Part shown: positions 1 to 12,539 of the stretch, in pieces | Layout of the letters: each line of letters starts with the position of its first letter | Position numbering within the stretch: position 1 is the stretch's first letter | NCBI GenBank assembly: GCA_013239625.1 | Contig: MU053881.1 | Location: 15,988,373-16,052,372 of the forward strand | Direction of reading: 5' to 3' | Source: Lama guanicoe | Lineage: Eukaryota | Length of the DNA stretch: 64,000 nt | Translations under genes and position numbers: made by a program | The notes under the pieces: generated by a model | What the model saw: the letters and a program-made list of their open reading frames with translations, nothing else | Told to the model about the DNA's origin: nothing | Databases searched by the model: none

Positions 1-2668
1 CCATGCCAGGCACCAGGGCACCATGGGGACCCAGAGAAGACCTAGTCTGGGCCCTGGGAGCAGCCTGCACAGGGGTCACGGGTGTGGCTCAAAGAGCCGT
101 TCAGTGAATGTACAGTGGCCATGAGGCCAGGGTGCCACAAAGTGCCATGTGAGGCCTGTTATGGCAGGGGGTGGGGGCAGGGAACGCTGGCTGGTCTAGG
201 GGATTGGGAAGGACTGCCCAGATGCACTGACGCAGGCCTGAGACTTGTAGGGAGAGGAGAGGTCCCAGTCCTTGTCAAACCCCTCCTGGCTCAACCTGGC
301 CCACTCTGGCCTCCTGCCACACCTCTTCAGCCAGTGCCACCCTCCAGGAATGCCCCTCCTTTCTCCATGTGGGAAACATCCGCCTTTCCAGCCAGCTCAA
401 AATGCCCCCTGCCCCTTCCCTCTCCCCACACTTCAGGAGCCTCTGCCAGAGCCCTGCTCACACCCCAAAGAGGTCATCTGTTTACACATCCACTTCCCTC
501 ACTGGGCTGCCCCCTCCCTGAGGCAGAGGGCAGGGCAGGGCTGGCTCAATCCGGGGCCCCTGGCAGGGCTTACATGGGGCCGGCAGCAGAGTGATGAGAA
601 GTGTGGGAACCTCAGACCTGCACTCAATCCTGGAAGGGCCCCTTCCTGGCTGTGTGGCCGGGAGCCAGTGATCTCCCAGGCTGGCCACCCCCTCTGTGAA
701 CTGGGGGTTACAGCAGCAGCAGGGACTCCCTCCGAGGGTTGTTCTGAGTCTCAATAAGACAACAAAGGGAAAAAGCTTTTCACAGAGATCCCTTGAGGGC
801 ACCTGTTAGCATCAATGCATCTGTGCTGAATAAATGAATGAAGACAAGGTACGGCCAGTACTTCCTGTCAGCCAAGCAGGAAAACAAGGCCTCAGGTACA
901 GGGGGAAATCTTCACCTCAGCCACACAAATCCTAGCTACAGCTGGGCCCAGAAGCCATCCTTTGCCTCAGCAAACACTGAATATCTGTGTGCCAGTCCCT
1001 GTGCAGGCAGCCTGCCAGTGACCCAACCAAAACAAGGTGAAATGGTATGCAGAGTGAGGAGAGACATGGGGGCCTCCTGCAGTCAGGAGGGGCCCTCTGA
1101 GAAGGGAGGTGATGTTCAGAGGAGGAAGAGCACTCCAGGCACAGAGAGTAACAGGTGCAAAGGCCCTGGGGAGGCAGGGACTTGGAGTGTGAAGATGTGA
1201 AAACAAGGCCACTGTGGCTGGAGCTTGTGGAAGGAGGGGTGAAGAGGCAGGGAGCTGAGGTCACGGAGGGAGGCAAGGACCATGGAGGCCAAGGAGCTGG
1301 GGTTGCATTGGGGTTACAAAAGGAAACCCCTGAGTGTTTTGTAAGTTAGAAAGTGGTATAACCCAATTTACATCTTTAAAGGCTCCCTCTGGTTTTGGGT
1401 GAATTACAGACTGCCAGTGGGGTGAGATGAAGTCAAGAAGACCCAGGAGGAAGCTGGAGCAGGTGTTCAGATGGGAGATGGCAGTGCCTGGACCAGGGTG
1501 GGAGGCATGAATGGATTCAGAATCCATTCTGGAGACAGAGCCAACAGAATCCTCAAATGGACTGGGCATGGGTGATGAGGCTGCAGCCAGGAATGCAGGA
1601 CAATACCCAGGCATGGGGACCCACATACTAGGAACTCACCACTTTCCCATATTCTTCCTGACAAGAGGTCTTTTGCCCAATCCCCACCACATCCCAAGCA
1701 CTACGGATTGGGGGCTGAGACCCTGGGTGTGGGGACAATGGCGTTTGACTTACCCTGACCAAAGCTTCCATCGCCCCTATCAGCCTTGGGGATGCCAAAT
1801 AGTAGAGGATGGAAGGGGCTTCAGCCCATCTGAGGCTGTCCTACTTCACAAGTGGGGAGACCGAACTTCAAGAACCATAAGACCCAAATCCCAGGATGAA
1901 TGGGTGGTCCAAGGGGGATTTTAACCTCCCAACAATCAGTTGGCATTATCCCCTCTGCAAGATGAGGAGGCAGCTGGGAGGGGATGTCACCAGCCCAGAG
2001 TCACCCAGTTCATCTGTTGAGCGTTCCCTGTTCCAAGCCCTTCACGACGTCAGTTCCTTAAATTATCACAACCCTATGAGGTCTGGACTACTGATACCCC
2101 CGTTTAACACGAAAAAGGCCTGGGAATCGGAGAGATGAAGTTGCTCCCTCTTAGAGGTGGTCGGGGCCGGAATGTCGGAGGTGGGGTCTGGGTTCTAGGG
2201 CAGCAGGGCAATTTGCGATGTCGCACTTCCTCTGGTGACAAAGCCCCGCATGTCACGATGTGAAGCCCCCTCCCCGCCCCGACGCTCAGGCCGGCCTCCC
2301 AAACCCTTCTGAACTGGAAAGACCCAGGCCAGGCGCGCCGAGGATGAGGTCTGAGTTAGGGGTCTCGGGGGACTCCAATTCCACCCCCAGGCGATTTCCG
2401 GGGGAGCCGCGACCCGGAAATGAATGAATTGTCAAGGCCGGGAAGCCTAGATGGGGTCAGGGGTCGGAGATAGAGTCAGGGTGGGGTAAGCAAGAAGCTC
2501 ACAGCAGGGTCCGGGGGTCGAAAGTCACAGGTCAGAGCGATGGGCGGGGCCGAGCCCTAGGGGGCCGGGCAGGGAGGTGAGGGGCCTCGGAGATTACTGG
2601 AGGTGGGTGGGCCCGCGACGCCATTTTGTCGAGCAGAGGGGGAATATGGGCCTAGCGGCCGCCCTTAC

Positions 2669-2671
2669 CAT
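2669..2671 (-). CDS. DDA1: DET1- and DDB1-associated protein 1, first exon (coding part is only the ATG; GC-rich 5'UTR extends to ~2790; rest of gene lies left of the window)
   Basis: Minus strand reads ...AAACAAAAG ATG|GTAAGG (ATG 2671-2669, canonical donor) after a (GGC)-rich leader in a CpG island. Position next to MRPL34 matches the conserved gene order. No downstream coding exon seen in the window, so identity rests on synteny. Confidence 0.65.
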
Positions 2672-2789
2672 CTTTTGTTTTCTCCGTCGCCGCCTCAGCC
2701 ACCGCCTCGGCCGCCGCCACCGCCACCGCAGCCGCCTTCTTAGCCGCCGCCGCACAGTAACTTCCAGCCACGGCACAGCCCACACTGAT

Positions 2790-3050
2790 GGTGCGGCCGC
2801 CCTTCCGTCATTGGCCCGCCCTCTAGCCCCGCCTCCAGGTTATGCGGTATTTGTGCACTCCCATTGGCCAAACCCGGCTACGTCATGCGCCCATTGGTCG
2901 TCACGTCTCCACCCTTCGTGGTCAAGTTCGGTTGAGAGAGCAAAACCCCGCCCGGGACTTGCAAGCGGTGGGGAGTAAAATCCGGAAGTGGGCGGAGGCC
3001 CCGCCCCAAAGCCTCTTGGGATTTGTAGTCCACAACTCTCAGAGGTCCCG
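2790..3050 (-). promoter_or_regulatory. CpG-island promoter of DDA1
   Basis: Three ATTGG (CCAAT) boxes at ~2810, ~2863 and ~2893, CRE-like CGTCA motifs, GC boxes, ETS CCGGAAGT at ~2982, ZNF143-type GGACTACAAATCCCA (minus, ~3017-3031). Confidence 0.7.
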
Positions 3051-4295
3051 TAGGTCTGTTTGTAGCGTTTGCTATCCTTTTTCATATGGTAGCTCATGGG
3101 ATTCTCACGGCAACCCCGGAATAATGCGGACGCACCGTAACAATACTCCCAGCCTCCTCCCCGGAGTTCCAACCTTAGGTTTCAGTGTATCTAAGCTGCT
3201 CCCTCACTAGCTTCTTGAGTATCTTTGAACTGACAGCTCAGACTCTTGTTCAAACACTTCCTGTAGCTTCCTAGTACTCCAAAGATCCAGTTCCACCTCC
3301 TCAGCCCCAAAATCTGGACCTCTCCGGCCACCCTCGACCACCTTTTATCCCGATCCCTGTCCAATCCGTCCTCCCTGTGGCCGTCCCAGATCTTACCACC
3401 TCCTCCAGGAACCCTTTTCTGGCTGCGTTCTTCCCAAGGCTAAATCAGGTGCCTCCTCTAGGCTCCACAGCCCTCACAATCCTCCGCCCAGCCCTGAATC
3501 CACTGTGTCCAAACTTCCTGGGTACGATCAAGCTTCCCACCCCCTCACCAGCCTTACAGCCTGGAGAGAACAAGGACTTATTGAGGAAGTACTCAATATA
3601 ACAACGCAGTGAAAGAGAAAAGAGCACCTCATTTTATAGGAACCAAATGCACCTCAAAGGGCTAAGGTCTTGCTCAAGATCACACAGCCCATTTCCAAGG
3701 GACAGGTGATGAATTCAAACCCTTCCCACCTCACTACAAGCCTTTCTGGAACTGAGAATTATGACATTTTATAAGACAAGTAGAAATTTAAATATTTATT
3801 AGACTTTTAATGACATTAGGAATTACTGACCATTTTTTTAAGCTCTGAAAAGTTTTGCGAATATGTATTAAAGGGTCTTTATCTTGGAGCGATGCGTTCT
3901 GAAGTATTTACAGAAGAAATAACCTGATGCCTGAGATTTGCATCTCAGGAGAGGGCAGGATGTGTTGCAGGTATTGGTGGTCAGAGAGGTGTACAAGGTC
4001 ACACGGGCGTTCACTGTACCATTCTGTGGACTGTTGCTTATATTAGAAATTCTTCCTAATTCAAAAGCGTAAAAAGGCACTTGGCAAGGTCTGAGTTCCC
4101 ATTCCCCCTTCCAGACCAATCCAAGATTCCTCCCCCTGGGCCACCAGAAATTTGAGGAGGATTCATGTCCGTCCGAGTCCGAGTCGTTGCTGCTCTCCAG
4201 CTCCCAACAAAAACGGTGGCAGGCTAAGCGAGGAAAATGCTTTAATAGTGGCGGGGGTGGGGGGTGGGGGATCCCCGCCGGCAGCGTCGCGCTCC

Positions 4296-4825
4296 TCAAT
4301 GGCTCAATGATTTGCGGCCCTTGTGCATGCGGCGAAGAATGACTTGGACGCCAGCTGGCGTGCTCAAACGCCGTATCCAACCGTGCTTGTGCTTGCGTTT
4401 GATGTTACTCGGCTGATACTCGTTCCCGCGCGCCTTGCCCCGGGTCTGCTGCATGGCGGGGTGTCCCCAAGCGTCGGGAAGACCCAGCCAGGCCCGGGGC
4501 TGGAGCCACCTGCAGGGGTAGAGAGACGGCGAGAAAGGTCAGAGGGGGCGCTGTGTTACTTCTGCGTGGAGCTCAACCTCTTCGAGCTTCGGCTTCCCGA
4601 TCCGTGCTGTGCCCGGACAGAGCCTGGCAACAAAACGCGCTTCAGGAGTTCGCAAGGCATTGGCAGGTCATGTAGTCAGTGAACAGCTGGCGCCAGCCCC
4701 CGACACCGCCATTACTCCCAGATTTGGGAATGGGTCCCCCTGAGGACTCACCTGTCACCCAGTAGCGCCGCTGACCTACTGACGGGGCCCAACAGTCGAC
4801 CCACAGATCTGACAAAGAAAGCCAT
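4296..4825 (-). CDS. MRPL34: Mitochondrial ribosomal protein L34 (bL34m), 2 exons, 95 aa
   Basis: Exons 4825-4752 and 4509-4296 joined by a GT-AG intron: [34 protein letters not shown]...[44 protein letters not shown], the L34 signature. ATTAAA poly(A) signal at 4246-4241. Confidence 0.97.
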
Positions 4826-4889
4826 GTCCAGCTGCGTGTCACGTTGTCCCGCGGCCACTTTTCCAAAGCCGGTAGGTTCCGCAGTGCGG

Positions 4890-5120
4890 AATGAGGACTT
4901 CTGGGCAACGTAGTTTCTCCTACAGCGGAGCACGCATGCCGCGGGGGCCTCCGGAAGTTGTAGTTCTACGTCTGCACTGTATACTTTAGACGAGAGCGAC
5001 TATGCCCACAGGGGTGTGTGGACCAGCAAGAGGTAGGCGAAGGGCGCCTCCTCCGCATGCGCGTGCATACTAGCTCTTATATCCTGGGGTCTGCTGGGAG
5101 TTGTAGTTCTTTCTACTGCA
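4890..5120 (-). promoter_or_regulatory. MRPL34 promoter (ZNF143/THAP11, NRF1-like and ETS motifs)
   Basis: Minus-strand GAACTACAACTCCCAGCAG (~5091-5109), GAACTACAACTTCC (~4953-4966), GAAACTACGTTGCCCAG (~4901-4917); GCATGCGCGTGCA at ~5055; CCGGAAG at ~4951. Confidence 0.65.
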
Positions 5121-6559
5121 GACCTGCAGAGGGTGCCCTGGGGTAACGGTGGCGCAGCTGGTGGCAGTCTCAGGAAACGGCTGGTTGAATCTCCCACGCC
5201 CAGCGGGAGTCGGGCAGATAGCACACAGCTGGCTGGCAGCTATCCTTTGGCCCCAGCCAAGTCTCCGCCCCTTGGCTGGGAGCCCAGGAGGTCTGAGTTC
5301 GAGTTGGCTGGATGTCCTTGGGGTGGTCATTCAATTTCTCAATCTGTAAAACCCAAGGTTTGTAGGCTTGTCCTTGGCAGTGCCTCCATTCAGGCCCTAG
5401 AAGAATTTTTCTAATTCTCCTATCTGAGCCCTTTCCCTTCTCACACACCCTCTATGTCTCCCTATTGCCCCAAGGAAAATATCCAGCTCCTCTGGCAGGC
5501 ATTTGAAACCCACTCTTAACATACACACACACCCTAAATTTCAGCTACACCCTCCTCTGCCTGGTACACCCCTATTCATCTTTTTAAAATCCTCCTCAGA
5601 TGCTCTCCCTTTCACCAGTCCTCTGGCCCATCACTGCTCTCCCCAGACTCTCCTGAAGCCCAGGGGGCCGTCAAGGGCCAGGCTTGCAGCTGAGCAGGCA
5701 CCCCAGCATCTCCCAGTTTGGGGAGGAGGGGGGGAGATTCTTCTGCATGAATAAACTGTAGTCTCCTGGGAGCACCCTGAGTGGGCAAGAGTGGGTGGCT
5801 GGACCTAATCCAGCTCTGGCAGCAAATTCCAGGGGATGGGAGTGGGCAAGAAATGGTTAACCCCTTGTCCTCTGAAGCCTGTCCTACCTGCGTCATTTAG
5901 CAAACCACTACAATACTACATCGGTACAATAATGCCAATAACGTATCGAATACTTTCCCTGCCGAGTGTTCTACCTGCATGGCAAATTCATGAGGGAATT
6001 ACTTCATAGGGAAACAAATGAAATCTCTGGACAGAGACTTGCTCAAGGTCACATATCAGCAAAGGGCAGAGACTGAATTTGAACCCTAGGTTCTCTGACT
6101 CCAGCTGAGACCACAGAGTCACCATTTAAATTGGCCAATGGTTAAACTCTATCTATCTGTGCAACTCTAAATCCCTAATTACCCATGGCTCCAAGACGTC
6201 CGTTTACTGGTTAAAAGAATAACAATTTCTGGGACTTGGAATCACACAATTGTGGTTCCAAGTCCCATCTCTGTGCCTCCCCCGCCCCTCCTCAGTTTGC
6301 TTGGAGGCCCTTTATGAGCCTCAGTTTCCCCTGCCTGAAATTACAAAGATCTGGGAGACTGTAAAACAGAAAGGTCAGCACAGAGAGAGGGACATAGGGG
6401 CTCAGTTTGGAGGGACAGGGCAGTTCGGAGGCAGAGGCTGGCCAAGGAGATCCTATTTGCGGTGAGGAGGATTCAGCTGCCGCCTCACAGGAGCCCCGCC
6501 GACCTCAGGTTGAGACCCCTTCTCTGCCCTGGACTAGGCCCAATCTCTCCCTCCACCTC

Positions 6560-6907
6560 TGTAAGACCCTGAGGGAGGCGGGGCCGTTGCACCCAGGTCC
6601 CGCCCCATCCCGAAACTTCCGCCCCTGATTGGCAGTCTAACTAGGCCAGGTCATTCCGCAGTTGCTATTGGCCAAGGCGCCAGTCCGTCGGCGCGCGGTC
6701 CCGCCTCCCCCGGGGAGAGACTTAAAGGGCCGGCCCGCTCCTCGGCAGCGGGATGTCCCCGCGCTGACCGCCCCGGGCCCGTGCCCACCCGTGTGGATGC
6801 GCCCGGTCCCACCCCGCGCCACCATGTAAACGGCGCCCGCAGGCGGACGCTGGCTTCACCGCCTGGGACCCCTCTGCCCTGCCCCGGGCCTCGGGGCCCT
6901 CAATGAG
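6560..6907 (+). promoter_or_regulatory. ABHD8: ABHD8 CpG-island promoter and non-coding exon 1 (donor after 6907)
   Basis: GC boxes, two ATTGG boxes (~6628, ~6667), TATA-like CTTAAAG at 6721, strong donor GAG|GTAAGC at 6907/6908. Confidence 0.7.
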
Positions 6908-8137
6908 GTAAGCAGGGAGCGGGCCCTGTGAGAGGGACATCGAGGCCCCCGGGTCTTCCACTTTGGAGCGGGGTGTCCACAAAGCCCATGCTAGAGCTCT
7001 TAGGAAGCCGCGGAGCCCCTGTGGCCTCGACCCCGACGCAAGGCTGTCGGGTACCCGGGAGGCGGGAGACTGGCTCTGTGGAGGGGAGCTGGCATGGCGC
7101 ATCTGCGCCCCCCTCCGCAATCCCGGGCTGGAACCCTGCCGGAGGTGGGGGGCGCGGCCTGCTCCCCTTCCTCCATCAGTAAGTACGGGCCACCAAAGGC
7201 GCGGCCTTTGGCATTCATTTATCCCCGTGGCGCCCAGGATAGGGACGGCGAGGGGTTGGTCCCATCCCCAGGGCTTAAACAATGGGGGTGCACTGCACGA
7301 GTATCCCCTTCGAGTTATGTAACTGCCTGTGGTTGCCATGGATACGGTTGGGGGGGTGCCCAGAGAGCAGGATGGAGGCCTGGAGGCCCCCAGGTTCTCC
7401 ATCCTCATCTTCACCACTGGAGACTGTGTGTCAGGTCCTCAGAACCCAGAGTACTGATCAGTGGGAACAGAACAGTTTCTCCCAGAGTGTCTGGGCCTCA
7501 GCTTGTTGGTCTGTGAAACAGACCCATTGCACTGTGGTCTTGGGGAGATGGGCAAGGCCTTCTGGAGCTCAATTTTGAAATCCCTCTCCCAGGGCCTTGC
7601 TTTTCAGGAGCCAGGTTTAGACACCTGGTATCAGGGCTCATTGGGATCTGGGCCATTTAGGTGCCTTTGGAGCCCTCAGAATGTGCTGGTTTAGTGAAAG
7701 TGAGTTAATGAAACAGTGCATGAATGAATGGATGGATGGATGGTTGAATGGGTTTAGGAAGATGTGACTACAATAAATCTGAGCTGGAGGGTCCTCGGGG
7801 GTTGGGCCATATTTGCCACAATGTCCTCTCCTCTGGGAAGCCTGCCCTGATTCCACCACCTTCTCTATGGATGCCTTTTAGTGTCACCCGTAGCCATGTC
7901 CTTCGCTCTAGGATAGACTATGCTGGGCCAGGAAGGTGGCCAACCTCATGCAGGTACTGACCAGACAAAACATCTTAGTGCTTGGTTGGCTTTGGCCCTC
8001 CCCAAACTGGAGCCTAGATGGGGCCTCCCAGTGCAACACATCTGACACGGGTGTGGGGAGTGGGTGCTGTGGGAGTGGAGGAATCCCTGTTTAGACGGCC
8101 TTTGAGCTGGCTGTCTCCCCCAGTCACAGGACACACC

Positions 8138-11100
8138 ATGCTGACCGGGGTGACCGATGGGATCTTCTGTTGTCTGCTGGGTGCACCACCCAATGCTGTG
8201 GGGCCGCTGGAAAGCGTCGAGTCCAGCGATGGCTACACCTTTGTGGAGGTCAAGCCTGGTCGTGTGCTGCGGGTGAAGCATGCTGGACCAGCTCCGGCCC
8301 CAACCCCACCTCCACCACTGCCGGATACCGCCCATGGGGACCAGTCCGGCTTGGTCCGCTGCCAGCGCAGAATCACCGTGTACCGCAATGGGCGGTTACT
8401 GGTGGAGAACCTGGGCCAGGCACCGCGAGCTGACCTCTTGCATGGGCAGAATGGCTCTGGGGAGCCACCAGCCGCCCTAGAGGTAGAGCTGGTGGACCCA
8501 GCGGGCAGTGATGGCCGCTCAGGCCCGGGCAGTGCTGGCAGTGGTGGGCGACGGCGGCGAGCCCGACGCCCCAAGCGGACCATCCACATTGACTGTGAGA
8601 AGCATATCACCAGCTGCAAGGGTGCCCAGGCCGACGTGGTGCTCTTTTTCATCCACGGTGTCGGCGGCTCCCTGGCCATCTGGAAGGAGCAGCTGGACTT
8701 CTTTGTGCGCCTGGGCTATGAGGTGGTGGCACCCGACCTGGCTGGCCACGGGGCCAGCTCAGCCCCCCAGGTGGCTGCAGCCTACACCTTCTATGCGCTG
8801 GCAGAGGACATGCGTGCCATCTTCAAGCGCTATGCCAAGAAGCGAAACGTGCTCATTGGGCATTCCTATGGGTGAGCCAATGCTGGGGTGGGGATGAGGG
8901 TAAGGGGTGGGGGCTGGCAGGAACTGGACACCCACGTACAAAATGCTAATTTCCCTTCTTGAAAAAATCCCATTAACATCTGCCACAGAACAGTGATTCC
9001 TGCCACCAATGCTATTGTTTCACATTGTTCTAAAGCAGTGTCTCAACCTCCAAATTATTGACATTTTGGATCAAGTAATTCTTTTCTGTGAGGGGCTTTC
9101 CTGTGCACCGTAGGATGTTTAGCAGCATTCCTGACCTCTGCGCATTAGATGCCACTAGTGCAATGGTCTAGTGATGATCATGGCAATCAGAAATGCCTTC
9201 AGATGTTGCCAAAGGTCCTCTGGTGGGCAGAATCACCCCTGGCTGAGAAGCACTGTCTTCGACTAAGTTCAAAAACTGGTTTCTCTGAAGACCACAAGGG
9301 CTCCAAGGATGGACTAATTGGAATTCCATACATTTTGTTTATAAGGGCTCAGGTTGCCGTAATTCACTATCCCTTAAATGAGTGATGGATAATACCACCT
9401 TTCTTTTGATGGGGGGAAGGTAATTAGGTTTAATTGTTTGTTTGTTTGTTTATCTAATGGAGGTACTGGGGATTGAACCCGGCACCTTATGTATGCTAAG
9501 CACTCATTCTTACCACTGAGCTATAACCTCCCCACTCCATCTAGCATTTAAATTAGAGTCCACTCTATGGAAGGCTCTGGGGCGGGGTGCCTGATCACTG
9601 CCAAGTGGTACCATTCTGTCCTTTACTCAGGAAGAAAGGCAGGATCTGATCAGCCAGCCAAGTTGAGAACCACTGTTTTAGCAGTTGCAGCCCATGCAAT
9701 TAGCCAAGAAAACGAAATGTTATATAAGTTTCCAAAAGAAAGGAAGACAGACTGGAAAGTAACCTAGCTCCTATTTGTTTATATGAAAACATCCCCCAAA
9801 ATGGATGGTTATGCTAAATAATTCCTCCAGTTAAATGACCACCCATCTGTGGAAATACCTCTTGCCCCTTAACTATGCTATGAAGTCAGCACAGTTACTA
9901 TGTGACAGATTTGAAGATGGAAGTTCAGAGAGGTTAAGCAGTTTGCCCAAGTGCACCAGTGAGTCACTGGCACAGTCAAGTGCACCCAACTTCTGCTTGT
10001 ATCCTGTCCCTCTTTTCAGCAGGAGTTGGCAGATTTTTTCCTGAAGGGCCAAATATTACATATTTTAGATTCACAAGCCATACTGTTGGTCTCTGTTGGA
10101 ACTTCACAAGACTACTCCAGGAAAACAGTCATAATTGTAAACACATGGGCATGGCTTTGTTCCAATAAATCTTTATTTACAAAATATCTGACATATTTAC
10201 AAAATTGTAAACTTAGTTGACAAAAACAAGCAGCTAGCCCACAGGCCATAGTTTGCCAAATGAACCCTGCTTTAGGGGGAATGAGGCCTGGACTGTGGGG
10301 GCTCCTCAGGCTGCACCCTTCCACCTTGCATAAGGCCGGCAGATGTGCGATGCCCAGAGGCCGATGAGAGAAGATCCTGAAAGGGAAGGGATTTGCAAGA
10401 AACAGTCACCTTCTCTGAGAAGCCAAAGGGTTTGTTCAATCAAATAGTTTTCCTGATACTTGGAAATTAATAATTCTTACCTCTTTGGGGGTCATGGTGA
10501 CTTTGAGGATTTGATGAAAGGTCTGGATTTGGATCCTCTCTCCAAAAGAAAACAAAAATCCATGTTCAACACACACACACACAGAGACACACAATCTCAC
10601 AATACCAGGGTATTTGAGGTGCCCCACCCATCCCTCACCCCCCCATCTGGTGTCCATGGATCCCAGGGGAAGAATTTTGGCCTTCAAGGACCTGCCTCTG
10701 GGTGAGGGGAGGGCATTAACCCCCTCCCTGCTTGTATCCTGCTGACCACTGCCCTTCAACCCTCCCCACCATTCACCTATGGGGCAGGGTCTCCTTCTGC
10801 ACGTTCCTGGCGCACGAGTACCCAGACCTGGTGCACAAGGTGATCATGATCAACGGAGGGGGCCCCACAGCACTGGAGCCCAGCTTCTGCTCCATCTTCA
10901 ACATGCCCACGTGTGTCCTGCACTGCCTGTCACCCTGCCTGGCTTGGAGCTTCCTCAAGTGAGTGACCCTGGCCCTGCCCTGGCATCTCCCCGAATCTGA
11001 TGGGAGGGAAGGTTGTACTGCTGGGGCTGGCATGGGGGACACCCCTGGTGGCCGAGCTGGCACAAGGGCTCCAGCGGTGCCTCCCAAACCCCAGGGCCGG

Positions 11101-12539
11101 CTTCGCCCGCCAAGGAGCCAAAGAGAAGCAGCTGCTGAAGGAGGGCAATGCGTTCAACGTGTCGTCCTTCGTGCTTCGGGCCATGATGAGTGGCCAGTAT
11201 TGGCCCGAGGGCGATGAGGTCTACCATGCCGAGCTCACCGTGCCTGTCCTGCTTGTCCACGGCATGCATGACAAGTTTGTGCCGGTGGAGGAAGACCAGC
11301 GCATGGCCGAGGTAGGGGCATGACACCCCGGCCACCACACCCCACCACACCCCCCTTGCACAGCCTAAGGGGACCCTGACACAAGTGCTCCAGCCCCAAG
11401 GAAGTCAGAGCCTAGATCAAAAGTCAAAGGTGGAATCCAGGAAGTGGGGCTCCTTGGACAGGTGGTGGGATGTTTGTGCTGCCCCACTGCACATAAAAAG
11501 GCACTCTTCCCAGCTGGGATTTGTGATGGGTTACATAATTCTGAGAGAGGGCTTTAAATTAGAAAGGGTCTTTAAATTAGAGTCAGAGATCTTTAAATTA
11601 GAAAGGGTCTTGAGGTCTTTAGTGCTTAGACTAGCTCTGGATCAGTGGTTCTTAACCAGGGATAATTCTGTCCCCCAGGGGACACGTGGAAGTGTCTGCA
11701 GACTTTTTGGTTGTTATGACTGTGCAAGAGGGAGGTGCTACTGGTGGCTTCTGGTGTGTGGAGACCAGGGATGCTGCGCTGCCCAACACCCTAGAATGAG
11801 CAGGCCTCACCGCAGATAAAGATCCGGCTCCAAAAGTCTCAGTAGAGTGGAGGCTGAGATACCCTACCTTAGTGTGAGAGACCTTGTCTGCGTCTCTCAG
11901 TGATTTCTCACCCAGGTGACTTTGCCCCCTAGAGACATTGCCCCCTAAAGACATTTGGCAATGTCTGGAGACATTTTAAATTGTCACACTGTGGGGGGTG
12001 GCGGGGAGTATGATGCGATTACTGGCATCTAGTGATGCTCGAGGCCAGGGATGTGGCTGAGTATCATACAGTGCATGAACAGTCCCCATCCCAGAGTATG
12101 ATCCTGCCCAAATGTCACTAGTGCCCAGGTTGAGAAATCATGCTGTGGACATACTGTAGGCACTTAATAAATGTGGAATGAATGAATACCGAGTTGGGTT
12201 CCAGCAAGGTGACAGGTCACCCTCCAGCTCCCCCTTGGGTGGAAATGGGGGAATATAGGATAGACTGCAAGAGAGACATCCTGATAGATAGCTAGGGAGT
12301 CTCAGGGCAGCCTGGCCCCGAGGTCCGCCATCCTGCCTCTGCCCGTCTTGAGCCTGCGTCCTCCGCAGATCCTGCTCCTGGCCTTCCTGAAGCTCATCGA
12401 CGAAGGCAGCCACATGGTGATGCTGGAGTGCCCGGAGACGGTTAACACGCTGCTCCACGAATTTCTGCTCTGGGAGCCAGAGCCCTCGCCCAAGGCCCTG
12501 CCCGAGCCCCTGCCTGCGCCCCCAGAGGAGAAGAAGTAG
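8138..12539 (+). CDS. ABHD8: Alpha/beta hydrolase domain-containing protein 8, 4 coding exons, 430 aa
   Basis: Exons 8138-8871, 10788-10958, 11095-11311, 12369-12539, all GT-AG with matching phases. Starts [15 protein letters not shown]; has FIHGVGG, the GHSYG nucleophile elbow, VHGMHD and GSHMVMLE motifs. AATAAA at 13051-13056. Confidence 0.97.
9036..9255 (-). mobile_element. MER20 hAT-Charlie DNA transposon
   Basis: CAGTG..TCTCAACC terminus and reverse complement of the MER20 core (CAGATGTTGCCAAAGGTCC, TGTGCACCGTAGGATGTTTAGCAGCAT); recognised by eye. Confidence 0.75.
9411..9532 (-). mobile_element. tRNA-derived SINE, camelid Vic-1-like
   Basis: Minus strand GGGAGGTTATAGCTCAGTGGTAAGAATGAGTGCTTAGCATACA...GGGTTCAATCCCCAGTACCTCCA (A and B boxes), then an (AAAC)n tail and AAACCTAATTACC; second copy at 13627-13733. 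Confidence 0.8.
10020..10269 (+). mobile_element. MER58-type hAT DNA transposon
   Basis: CAGGAGTTGGCAGATTTTTTCCTGAAGGGCCA...GTTCCAATAAATCTTTATTTACAAAA...GCCCACAGGCCATAGTTTGCC..CCCTG. Confidence 0.7.
11643..11866 (+). mobile_element. MER20 DNA transposon
   Basis: CAGTGGTTCTTAACCAGGGATAATTCTGTCCCCCAGGGGACAC...GGTGCTACTGG...CCAGGGATGCTGC...GAGGCTGAGATACCCT. Confidence 0.75.
11898..12142 (+). mobile_element. MER20 DNA transposon (second, tandem copy)
   Basis: GACATTTGGCAATGTCTGGAGACATTTT...TACTGGCATCTAGTG...GAGGCCAGGGATG...GGTTGAGAAATCATG. Confidence 0.8.

Noticed and set aside
10026..10220. ORF starting MADFFLKG, resembling the DDA1 N-terminus
   Set aside because: Lies in a MER58 element on the wrong strand and at the wrong position; similarity ends after a few residues.
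11546..11612. Three copies of CTTTAAATTAGA (other short direct repeats at ~20389-20437 and ~56397-56457)
   Set aside because: Local slippage duplications with no repeat-spacer structure; not CRISPR-like.
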